From NCBI RefSeq assembly GCF_026210795.1, contig NC_089430.1, forward strand, positions 3,100,001-3,164,000: a DNA stretch of 64,000 nucleotides, in the 5' to 3' direction. This DNA comes from Rhizophagus irregularis. Taxonomy: Eukaryota. The notes below the pieces were generated by a model. The model ran no database searches. It saw only the letters and a list, made by a program, of their open reading frames with translations, and was not told the origin of the DNA. Within the stretch, counting starts at the first letter, position 1. Each line of letters opens with the position of its first letter. Shown in pieces: positions 52,790 to 64,000 of the stretch. The position numbers were made by a program, and so were the translations under genes.

Positions 52790-53130
52790 TTAAGGTTAGT
52801 TATGGTTAGGATTAGGGTTAGGATTAAGGTTAGTTAGATTAGGGTAAGGGTTAGGGTAAGAGAATAAGTTAAAAAATGGTTTAGAAAAAAAGAGTATCAG
52901 AAAGATCGAGAACTTTTTTGGAAATGAACTCTACATGACGTCATTTTTATATATTAAACTGTAAATTTCACTTTTTAAATGATATTATCAAATTTAACAA
53001 TTTCAGCGAACTTTAACCTTACCTTAATTCTAATTCTCTAACCATAATCCTAATCCTAACCTTAATTCTAATCCTAATCTTCTAACCCTAAATTCCTAAA
53101 TCCCTAATTCTAATCCTAACCCTAACTAAT
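52790..53130. repeat. Degenerate telomere-like tracts in inverted orientation: G-rich 52790-52860, C-rich 53011-53130
   Basis: TTAGGG/TTAGGA/TAAGGG units, then a ~150-bp spacer, then CCCTAA/TCCTAA/TTCTAA units. Confidence 0.75.
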
Positions 53131-54777
53131 CTAATAAATCTTTCTACTATTTTTTTATGAGTGATGTAATTGTCCAGAACGAAGCGAAGGACTATATATG
53201 TTTTCGAAAAACTATGTCAAATAGTATAACATGATGATATCCGGTTGTCTGTATACGTCACGTGACTCACGTCATTGTGATACATCAGATAAACAAAATA
53301 AAGGTTTATTTATAACCTTTTTTTTCACTTTAGACTTACAACAGTTTCTGTTTTCTAGTACTATATATACGTACCAGGTTCACATGATTTAATTTTATAT
53401 AGGTGATGTCACCTAGATTAAATCACATGGGAAGAAAATTAGTCTTATACTTAAAATAAATTATTTTAAATAATATTTTATTTACAAAATAAAGTAAATA
53501 TCAAAATATTTATTTAATAATACAAATTTAATAAGTCTAAAATTATTAAAATTTAATTATTAGTTTTTAAAATAATAATATTTAAAGAAGACCCTACCCT
53601 ACTTACTAATAAAAGTTACCATAGAAAATTGACTTTTTACTAATAATTTTTACCTTACTTTTTTTTTAAATTCTATTAGTTAATTAGTTTTTTTAAAAAA
53701 ATTATAATAATATAACATAAAATTTCCTTTTATAATAAGATTTGCAAAGAATTTTATATATAATTTTTACTTTAAATTTGAAGGTAATCTATATTATAAA
53801 TAAGTGGAGTTTTATTTGAAACTAAAAAAGTAATATAATTTTATATAAATTAATTATAAATTTATAATATTATTTAAGTTTTAATAAAAAGAAATTAAAT
53901 AATATAAAAATTATTAAAATATACAGTTAACCTCCTTTATATTAAAATTATTTAATAGTGTAATTATAATAAGATATATCTATTAATAAAAATATTAATT
54001 CAATATTCTTATATTTAAATAAATATAATTAAATAATATACAGTATATAAAAAATTTGTAAAAATATTTTATAATATAAAATATACTTAAATTTATTTAT
54101 TTATCTGTTAAAGATATTATAAAAATTTTTGAAAAGTAAAAACTTTTCTTACCATTAAATTTAAAGTGCAAACTATATACCATATATTTTATTAATTATT
54201 TCATAAAATTATGTAATTTATATATTTATATAAAAAGAATTTTATACAGTCAGCAGGACTGGAAAAACCTATAATAGAGGTCACTGTAGTACCCAGCTAG
54301 GGATGGGGGTTAATTAACCATGGTTAATTAACTGCGGTTAATTAACGGTTAATTTGGTTAATTATAAATTAGCCAATTAAAAGAAGTGATCACAGTCATG
54401 TGACCAATTTTCTGATTTTTATCGATCTTTTTTTCAATAATTTTTTTTTATTTTTCAATTTAACAATGACTAAAAAAAAAGGTGCTGTTTGGAAACATTG
54501 GACTATTATTACACAAAACCAAACAGAAAGTAATAAAAACAACTCCCATCCTACTGTACAATGTAATTATTGTTCTAAAGTTTTGAATAGAGCTGTTCCT
54601 GCACGAATGCAAAATCATCTTGATAAAGAATGTCTAGGAGCACCGGATAATGCAAAGTCTAAAAAAAATATTAATTTACAAGGTTCCACAACTAGCACTA
54701 TTCACACTCCAACTATTACTCCAAATACTACTCATACAAATATACCTGTAAAACGAATTAAAATAACTAAAACATCG

Positions 54778-55138
54778 CACAGGTCGAAATTAGTTAAATA
54801 GGGTATCAATAGGTTATCAATAGGTTATCAATCGGCTATCAATGGAGCTCCCATTGGAGCCTATTGAACTTGCGCCATAATTCGTCACCAATCGGGCAGG
54901 TCGATTGTTAGCCAATTAATAACTTATTGATAACCTATTAGTATCCTATTGGTATTTTTATCAAATTGGTTATCAATAAGGTATTAATAGGTTATCAATA
55001 GGTTATCAATCAGCCTGCCCGATTGGTGACGGATTATGGCGCAAGTTCAATAGGCTACCAATAGGGTAGCCTATTGATAGCCGATTGATAACCTATTGAT
55101 AACCTATTGATACCCTATTTAACTAATTTCGACCTGTG
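54778..55138. mobile_element. Layer 4a: foldback MITE with CACAG ends (CMC/EnSpm-like), 361 bp
   Basis: CACAGGTCGAAATTAGTTAAATAGGGTATC...GATACCCTATTTAACTAATTTCGACCTGTG; TSD ATC (54774-54776 and 55139-55141) with one extra G at the left junction. Confidence 0.92.
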
Positions 55139-56555
55139 ATCTAAAATTAAGAATTTCGTTGATCGTATAAGCGAAGAAGAACAAGACGACCTTGAATTTC
55201 AACTAGCACAAGCATTATTTTCAGCTGGAGTACCATTTGCCTTTGTTGAAAATCTGCTTGTCATTCAATTTTTTAAATGTCTTCGGCCATCCTTCAAGTT
55301 GCCAAATAGGAGAAAACTTGCTGGAGATTTATTAAATGATGTTTACAATGAAGTAAAATTACAAACTGATGAACAAATTTCCAAAGCAAAGACTCTTTGT
55401 ATGGTTTCTGATGGTTGGTCTAATATTAATCAAGAATCAGTACAAAATTTTATCATTTGTACTCCTAAACCAGTTTTTTTTAATGCTACATTTTCAGGTG
55501 AAGAATCCCATACAGGAGAATGAATTTCAAATGAAATTATTCAACAAATGGAAGCTATTGGTATTCAAAAATTTTCAGCTGTTATTACGGATACAGCTAG
55601 TGTAATGAAATCAGCATGGAGACGAATTGAGGAAAAATATTCCAATGTTGTTTGTCTTGAGTGTAACTCTCATATTATTAATCTTTTAATTGGGGATGTT
55701 TTAAAGATTGATGAAATTAAAACCATAGTTGAAAATTCTAAAATGATAGTAAATTATTTTAAGTCTCATGTACAAGCAGCAGCAAAATTAAAACGTATTC
55801 AAGGTGAAAATTATAATAAAGAGATTGCGTTGGTTTTACCAGTACTTACACGATGGGGATCACATCTTAGCTGCTTTCAGTCACTTCAAAAATCAAAAAC
55901 TGCTCTTGAACAAACATTAATGGATCCTGATATCCGTAAAAAAATAAATAATACAGTAAGAAATTTTGTATTATCGGAAAATTTTTGGGATATGTTGGAC
56001 ACAATTATAAAATTTTTAGAGCCAATGGTTATAGCGTTAAAATTGTTTGAATCAGACACATCTACTCTTTCAACTGTTTATTTTCACTTCAAAAAATTAA
56101 TGCATCGAGTTAGTGAAATCTCTTGTAATTTTTCTAACAATATTCAACAACTTGTTCAAAAACGGTGGGATTATACATACCATCCTGTTATGATGGCTGC
56201 TTATATGTTAGATCCATGTTTTTTAGAAGAAAGCAAAAATACTGATATAGAGGCAACGGGATATAGAGAATTCACAGAATTCGCAAGTAAAAGGTTCGGT
56301 CAAGAGGAATCTGTGATTATGTTTACAGAATTAGTAAAATTTCGTCAAAAAAATTCACCATATGATAATAAAACGATTTGGTTATCATCTACTAACCTTA
56401 GTCTGTCTGTATGGTGGCAATCTTGGCCAAATAGTAGCCTTCAACAACTAGCTATTAAGATTCTTTCAATTCCAACGTCATCCGCCGCCACTGAAAGAAA
56501 TTTTTCTACGTTTGGGTTTATTCATAATAAAATCCGTAATCGATTGCAAAATGAA

Positions 56556-56920
56556 CACAGGTCGAAATTAGTTAAATAGGGTATTAATAGGTTATCAATA
56601 GGTTATCAATCGGCTATCAATAGCTACCCTTATTGTAGCTTTATTAACTTGCGCCATGAATCCAAGTCACCAATCGGGCAGGCTGATTGATAACCTATTG
56701 ATAACCTATTAATACCTTATTGATAACCAATTTAATAAAAATACCAATAGGATACTAATAGGTTATCAATAAGTTATTAATTGGCTAACAATCAGCCTGC
56801 CCGATTGGTGACGGATATTGGCGCAAGTTCAATAGGCTACCAATAGGGTAGCCTATTGATAGCCGATTGATAACCTATTGATAACCTATTGATACCCTAT
56901 TTAACTAATTTTGACCTGTG
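56556..56920. mobile_element. Layer 4b: second copy of the same MITE, opposite orientation, 365 bp
   Basis: Same termini; perfect 3-bp TSD GAA; the centre is the reverse complement of copy 4a's centre. Confidence 0.93.
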
Positions 56921-58247
56921 GAACGTGTTAAGAAGTTGGTTTATATTTACGGAAATCTTCAGTTGTACGAAAAGGGGTTAAAAAGAAAATTAATACATGA
57001 TCGGCGTAATGATAATAACAATAATGATATAAATAATAATAATAATACTGGTAACGATAACAATAATGAAGATGATGATAGGATATTCGGGTTAGAATTA
57101 AATATTACGGATTTAGCAACTGAATAATAAATAAATTTTGATAAATATAAAATAAAAATATAAGTTTAATTAAATAAATTATAAAAATTATAAAAATTTG
57201 TTATAATAGACCGGAAATTATAATTGGGTTAATTAACCCAAATTATAATTAACCGTTAATTTACCATCCCTATATATACCCAGCACACTAGTAAAGTCCA
57301 TTGAACTTTTTGTATATACAATTTTTAATGAAGCCAAAATGTGTGAATTAAACTTATCTATTTAAGTTTAGAGTTAAATGCATGATTTATACACTCAATT
57401 TAGATTTTTATATATTCTATGTAATGCAAAAAGATGGTTTGCATTATTAATAAATTTTTTTAAAAGTAGTTCGCGTTATTATAAATTTTTTTTTGGAAAA
57501 TTTAATGATCTCAGTTAATATTGATATTAAAAGAATAATTTATGACTCATTTTATTTTTCAGACATTTCTGTATAAGATTTGTTAGATTTTTATTTTAAT
57601 TACTTAAAAAAATTTTTTATTAATTTGAGCAAACCTATCATTTTACTATTGTCCAGTGACCTTTATTATAAGTTTTTCTGGTCCTCAGTCAGCTCACCTT
57701 ATAACGAATTTTGTATCCAGGCAAATTATCCTTTATTATAAGAAAATTTGTTAACTATATTGGAAAAATATGGTATAATATAGGAAATTTGTGATAATAC
57801 GGTATATTGATTATTGATGACATTTATTACATTATGTTACAACATGAACGTCTAAAAGGATTTCTATCGCATAGAATATCTTCATTATAATAAAAAAAAA
57901 TTTGGTATAAAGAAAATTCGTTATGGGAAAAATCATTTTTATATTGTTATTTATATGCAGTATAACAAGATTTTTTTTATATATTAAAATTGGAGATTTG
58001 CTATAATAAAAAATTCATTATATTAAAATTTGTTATAATGTGAGTTGACTGTATATATTTATTATAATACAAATTGACAATTAATATGATTATACTTATA
58101 ACTAATAAAGTGATTATAAAAGAAATATTTTATATATAGAAAAATTGAAACTAAAAAATATGTGTCTTAAAAAGAAAAGTTCTTATATAGAATAATTATA
58201 AAAAAAAATTAATTGTAATTACTAAATAAATTTTATAATTATTAATT

Positions 58248-58650
58248 AAGATTTTATAAAAAATCGCCATAGCGATGTGTCGCAAATGTCACGTGACTTT
58301 ACATGTGTGAATAATTTGTCCCCCTGCGTCACATCCTCTAGTTTTTCATTTTTATTATTTATTCTGAGGACTTGAATTTTTTCAGTGCAAAAAATACTAT
58401 TTGTCATTCCCTATACAAATCAGCATCTTGTCTCGGTTTACATAATGCTGGCCAAAATATCCTTTTTTGGAGCTGTAGGTAACATTACACAATCCAAAAA
58501 AGTCAAATTTATTTTTCAGCAAAATTCAAGTTTTGTTACACAAAACTTCCAAAAAAGGAAATTTATTTGACGATCTTTTAATTCCAGCCGGAATTATAAA
58601 ATTATGTGGCACTGGCGATGCATCGCCATGGCGATAAAAAATAAAATCCT
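58248..58650. mobile_element. Decayed TIR element (unclassified)
   Basis: Left GATTTTAT..ATCGCCATAGCGATGTGTCGC pairs with right GCGATGCATCGCCATGGCGAT..ATAAAATC; no clean TSD. Confidence 0.6.
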
Positions 58651-58865
58651 ATTAATTATTATATAATTAAAAATAAAATATTAAATAATTTTACCAATAT
58701 CTGATATTTAATTTATTTTAATTAAGGAATTAAATAGTATAAAAATCATTAAAATACAAAGATTTTATAATTATAATTTTTAAATATTTATTAATTATAA
58801 TTTTATTAAATTATGAATTCAATTAAATTATATAATTTAAACATTGAATCTATGCATATATATTA

Positions 58866-59181
58866 CCGTATATCACGAGCCATAGTACCCCCCTATGCAT
58901 AGTACCCCCCTTGAAAAATTTCATAGAATTATATAGTACCCAGGGGATATTTTACAATTATCTCACAATCCAGTGATCAGATTTGAGCCATCTTTTTTTA
59001 TTTGATAGCTCTCATTGAACTCTTCAAAATAAAAAAAATATTGTTCAAATTGGACTGGTAGATCGTGAGATATTCGCAAAAAATGGAATTTTTAGGCTTT
59101 GTTTATTTAGTACCCAGGGGTACAGGGTCAAACCCCCGATTCTTGCAAGATACCCGGGGTACTATGGCCCGCTATATACGA
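58866..59181. mobile_element. TA-flanked MITE with CCGTA-type TIR (pogo/Tc1-mariner-like)
   Basis: TA|CCGTATATCACGAGCCATAGTACCCC ... GGGGTACTATGGCCCGCTATATACGA|TA. Confidence 0.8.
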
Positions 59182-60754
59182 TACTAATCACGTGCAAGTG
59201 CACATGACCGAACTACAGTAATAACAGTATATATATAATGCATATCTAGTCAGAAAAAATTATATCTAATTTAATATTTATACTAGTAAAAATCTTTCAC
59301 AATGAATTTTAATTTTAATTTTATGATTAACATCAACATTCAACATGTCTTTTATCATTGATAGTCCAACAATAATTTTGATTCTTATTTTATTCAAATA
59401 ATTCTATTTTAATTTGAGTATTTACTTCACTATTAGAATTTAATAGAATTTCATCCTTTTTAATTTGTTTTTCTCTTATATAAAATGATAATTAATATTT
59501 ATATTAAAAATATAAATTTATACTATTAAATTTAAAAAATTAATTTACCAATATTTGATTTATCTTAATAAAAAAAATCAAGTAATATAAAATCATTAAA
59601 ATATAATTACTAAATAAGATTTTATAATTAATAGTTTTTAAATATTTATTTTTTTTTTGTTTAACTGCAGTATATTTAATAATTTATTAAAGTTTTATAA
59701 AGAAATATACAAATATATACAAAAAATTATAAAAAAACCTAAAATTCTAATATAATTAACTATCAAATTACTTTTTATATAATATTGTATATCTTATATG
59801 TACACTATCAGGCAGAATTAAGATTCAGTAGATAAGAAACATATAGGCTAATATTTTATCTTAAAGTAGTATTCTTTATAATAAAGTCATTTCAAACTAT
59901 TCAAATTTTGCTTAAAAAGATCCAAACTTTGCAAGCCTCATCAAACCTTATTGATTAATTAATTATAATTTTAGCTAATAGAATTTAATAAAAGCTTGTA
60001 AAAGCTTACTCTTTTGGATAAAACTTGCTTAGAAAACACTATTTTAGAATAATGCTTACATTTTTTATATCCATTTAAATTTCATAAAAGTATCTGCTAT
60101 ATTATTATAAAAAATCTTTTCATTATGTTTTATATTACTATAATAATATTATATATCTATAAAATTAAAATAATTCCTCTATAATTCTATATTTAAATTA
60201 GCAAAATGATAAACTAGTTAGCTAAACTAATATAAAATTACATCTAAATATTATGAAGATTTATTTAGATTTTTTAAAATATTTTACAAACTAAATACAG
60301 ATCATAAGTAATATTTCATTAGTATATTAAAAATACTTCTATTTATCTATTCCCATCAGAACTTTGCTTACTTATAAAATAGGTCATTCTTAAACCTAAG
60401 AAAAAATCATATAAAATTCTTTACAGATCCTACTTCAAAAGGAAATTTTATGTTATATTATTATGATTTTTTTCTTTTTAGCTAATTAACCAATAGAATT
60501 TAAGAAAAAAGTAAGATAAAAATTATTAGTAAAGAGCCAATTTTCTACAGTGACCTTTATTATAAGTAAGCAGGATTCTTTCCCACTTTATTATACAATG
60601 AAAATGCATTGATATATCTAATACAAAAGTACTTACAAACCAAAAAAAAAGTATACAAAAAAAAGTAGTGTGTACAAAAATGAAAACAAAAAAAATAAAA
60701 TGTAAAAATAAAAAAATAGTTAGTAACAAAATTACTATAAGTACTTATCTATTA

Positions 60755-63041
60755 TAGCTTCGAATGGTTAGGCCAGGTCAGGTATTAATTGATAAACCCC
60801 GACTGAAATTTTTTTTCAGGTGCGATCGATTATATCAGATTATCCGTTCGAACGACTGTACTCCGAAACCTGAAAATTTTCAGGATTTATATTAAAATAT
60901 CAAAAAAAAATAGTGCAAAACATTTTTTTTGAAATATTGCAATTCAGTTTTTTATATTAAAATTGTATAAAAAGGTGAATCGCAATACTGCAACTAACTT
61001 TTCAATATAAAAAAAATGAATTCTGATATTGCAATTCACTTTTTATATATAAAATTGATATAAAAAAGTGAATTCTGAATTTCTGATACTGCAATTCACT
61101 TTTTATATATAAAATTGATATAAAAAGGTGAATTTCAATAGGACTCCGAAAAATACATATAAAAGTTAGAGATGATCGGCAAAATTTTGCCTTAAAATAA
61201 GCAAATATTTTTACTAAAATCAATACGTAAAGTTGACTTCTGACTTTATAATTTATATTAGAATAAGCAAATTTTTTTTATGACATTTGTATATTAAAAA
61301 AATGAAATCATAGTTTTTTTTTAATTTAATTAGTTGTATTTAGAATATACTTCCAGTATAATTGATTTTCAATTGCTAGCATAATGCCAAATTGCATAAA
61401 TTAATTTGTACTGACGTATTTATTTATACTACTATATTTAATTATTTGATAATTCAAGTATTAACATTAAAACAAAAAGATTCTTTATTATTTTTTTATA
61501 AATTATAACAAAAACTTAGAATATTGATAACATTTTAAAGTTAAAGAAAAGTCAATATAATTTATAAAATCATTTCTAAAAGAAAATCCTATTTCTAAAG
61601 AAAAAAAATATTAATACTACTTTCACATATAAAATAAAAAAAATTCCACCCTATTTTCAATTTACTAAAAATTTCAGTTTAGTTTTTAATCTAGAAACCA
61701 TTTCTAATAAAAAAAACAATAGAAATGTTAATAATACTTCTAAAATAAACAAAATAAAGCTAAAAAATTCTTTACTTACAGTGAGCATTGGAGTTCCAGT
61801 CTGAATTTCAAATTTCCTAAGAAAAAAGTAAAAGGAATATTATTATGGTAACATTCCCAAAAAAATTGACTATACTTTTCTCTTAACTCATATTTTTCCA
61901 AGATATTGGTATCTAAAATAATAAATTTTAGATTTAAAAAGTTGCTTTTAAAGAAAAATAATAAAAAGGAATATTAATATCATTCTAAACCAAATATTTT
62001 TTTTTAATAAAATGGCCTGTTGTTAAAAAAATATAACAGTAAAGGCCAAAAAAAAATTTTTATTGAATAAAACAGTTTGTTATAGACCAAAAAAAATTAT
62101 TTTATTTTTTTCTTTCAATAAAATGGTTTGTTAAAAGTCAAAAAATTGAAAAAAAATTATCTATTATCAATCAGATTAGCCGTCAATTACGTATTTTCAA
62201 AAATTTATGTATTATACTATGCATAATGCTGCTTATTAAGGAATTCCAAGGCATTATGCTGCTAATTAATAGAAAATCGCTGGAATTCCAAGGCGTTATG
62301 CTGCTAATTAGTAGAAAATCGCTAGAATTCTAAGCGTTATGCTACTAATTAGTAGAAAATCGCTGGAATTCCAAGGCGTTATGCTGCTAATTAGTAGAAA
62401 ATCGCTGAAATTCCAAGGCGTTATACTGCTAATTAGTAAAAAATTGCTGGAATTCTAAGGCGTTATGCTGCTAATTAGTAGAAGACCGCTGAAATTATAT
62501 ATATATATATATTTTATTAAAAAATACCATTGACTATGCAAATTAAAATATATGACATATATAAAAATGATTGTTATTATGCAAACTATATATATAACCT
62601 TTTAAAAAATCTCAAAATCTATGCAAATAAAATTTTATGACTTTTGGAAATTTTACTAATATGGTTAAGCAAACTTACATGTGACCTTTATATGTATTTT
62701 TTGGGGTTTTATTTTAATACTGCAATTCACTTTTTATATATAAAATCGATATAAAAAAGTGAATTTCAATACCACTATTCACTTTTTATATATAAAATCA
62801 ATATAAAAAAGCGAATTCCAATATTGCAATTCACTTTTATTATATAAAATCAATATAAAAGTGAATTATAATCACTACTCTTTATTATATAAAATCGTAG
62901 TTTCGAATTCGACAGGGTCGTTCGAGTTATATTAATGTTACGAAGGCGATGCTGAATTGCAATTGCTAAACCTGATCTGAAAAATTCAGGTCAACTTGTC
63001 AGGTTACCTGAATTTGGTCGGTCAACCTGTTCAGAACTCTA
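60755..63041. mobile_element. Probable ~2.3-kb decayed non-autonomous element with palindromic subterminal repeats
   Basis: Arrays of TTGCAATTCACTTTTTATATATAAAAT(T/C)GATATAAAAAAGTGAATT at ~60930-61140 and ~62715-62895, flanked by CAGGT/ACCTG-rich ends. Termini are uncertain. Confidence 0.5.
62240..62496. repeat. Minisatellite, 6 x 42 bp
   Basis: Unit GGAATTCCAAGGCGTTATGCTGCTAATTAGTAGAAAATCGCT, contiguous, with no spacers. Confidence 0.95.
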
Positions 63042-63251
63042 ATCAATTATATTTAATTACAATATTTTTTAAATAGTGTTTAAAATTATTATTAGCTTTA
63101 TATAGAATTTATACTAAATTATCTTAATTAAAAAATTTATAAAAATAAATTAAGAAATTTTTTTTACAGTTATTATACATAAAATAAATATTTTTTTTTT
63201 TTTATTGCAATACATTTAATATTTTATTAATCAAAATTTTTATATTAATAT

Positions 63252-63716
63252 CACAGGTCGAAAAGTGAAAAATCAGGCATCAATCAGTCACCAATCAGGC
63301 AGTTTGCTAACTTTTGATCCAGTGATCAGAAAAAAATGAAATATAGCTCATTGGAATCGTCTCAACAAGACGAATCTAATGGTAGTAAGATCATATTTTT
63401 AGGATTAATAGTTAATAAAATATTAAATAAAATATAAATGATACATTTTTATTTTTATATTTTACTTAATTTCTCATCAAGTATTAATCCTAGAAATGCG
63501 GTTTTACTACCATTAGATTCGTCTTGTTGAGAGATGATTCCAATGAGCTATATTTCATTTTTTTCTGATCACTGGATCAAAAGTTAGCAAACTGCCTGAT
63601 TGGTGACGGTATTTGGCGAAAATGCCAATCAGTCACCAATCGGTCACCAATCAGCTACCTGATTGGTGACCAATTGGTGACTGATTGATGCCTAATTTTT
63701 CACTTTTCGACCTGCG
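63252..63716. mobile_element. Foldback MITE with CACAG ends (CMC/EnSpm-like), 465 bp
   Basis: TAT|CACAGGTCGAAAAGTGAAAAAT...ATTTTTCACTTTTCGACCTGCG|TAT; 3-bp TSD; long internal inverted arms. Confidence 0.9.
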
Positions 63717-64000
63717 TATATTGTACAATGATCAAATACAAAAAAAAAAAAGAAAAATATAATTAAGTACTAAACTACTTATCATTTAATAAATAGACTC
63801 CACATATGCACTATTACATCAGTAAGATGAATACCAGTGGTGTAGGGTCAACCACCTGTGTGGTGTATGGTGATATTTAGCGGTGTGTAACAGTGTGTAA
63901 AATAAGGAATGTGAACTATACACAGGTGATTAATAGCATTTCGACCCACTCCAAATCACGTGTTTGGCCCGTCGTGTTATTTATCACCTGTATAAACTGT

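Larger units (their letters stand above)
54466..57127 (+). pseudogene. hAT transposase, disrupted by two MITEs and one nonsense codon
   Basis: BED finger (VWKHW..CNYC..HL..C), SDGWS, TDTAS, CNSH, TRWGS, SSAATERNFS and dimerisation motif RNRLQN|ERVKKLVYIYGNL. TGA at 55521-55523. Removing the MITEs restores one 643-codon frame. Confidence 0.93.
54298..57272 (+). mobile_element. Layer 3: hAT DNA transposon
   Basis: TIR TAGGGATGG...CCATCCCTA with GGTTAATTAAC subterminal repeats. TSD TACCCAGC at 54290-54297 and 57277-57284, with an extra TATA on the right. Encloses a transposase. Confidence 0.92.
54255..57685. mobile_element. Layer 2: non-autonomous TIR element with AGG...CCT ends and 8-bp TSD (~444 bp when emptied), superfamily unassigned
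   Basis: TIRs at 54255-54286 and 57654-57685 match 28/32; TSD CAGTCAGC at 54247-54254 and 57686-57693. Confidence 0.85.
54247..58051. mobile_element. Layer 1: TA-flanked MITE (Tc1/mariner-like, ~366 bp when emptied), split in its left TIR
   Basis: TA|CAGTCAGC [insertion] CAGTCAGCTCACCTTATAACGAATTT ... AAATTTGTTATAATGTGAGTTGACTG|TA. Confidence 0.8.

Noticed and set aside
58690..59650. Diverged ~110-bp AT-rich direct repeat (~58690-58800 and ~59545-59650) as LTRs
   Set aside because: No TG...CA ends, PBS/PPT or retroelement ORF; low complexity.
62240..62496. 42-bp repeat array as CRISPR
   Set aside because: Units are contiguous with no unique spacers, there are no cas genes, and the context is eukaryotic; it is a minisatellite. 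The same applies to the ~120-bp repeat at 32465.

Overview
AT-rich eukaryotic nuclear DNA with short GT-AG introns. The gene content (a Cys-rich tyrosine-kinase-like kinase, three KCTD-type BTB/POZ paralogs, a CDWR-motif multi-pass membrane protein) points to an arbuscular mycorrhizal fungus (Glomeromycotina, Rhizophagus-like); this is inferred, not confirmed by a search. About 1-50.6 kb is genic. It holds FOL3-like, TTC27/EMW1, SPC1, SCJ1-like, ARV1, a HAL/NPR kinase, tRNA-Pro(TGG) and several lineage-specific genes. About 52-64 kb is a gene-free transposon graveyard. It contains a four-layer nested insertion (TA-MITE > 8-bp-TSD element > hAT > two CACAG MITEs) whose layers can be resolved from TIRs and TSDs. 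The most unusual items are a head-to-head pair of a J-protein and a PQYYPS-repeat protein that share a SHOCT-like motif, an F-box+R3H protein, a degenerate-GT31+GT34 fusion, a metallo-beta-lactamase-fold protein lacking its first metal site, and a candidate U12 intron in ARV1. Gene models were spliced by eye and no database searches were run.
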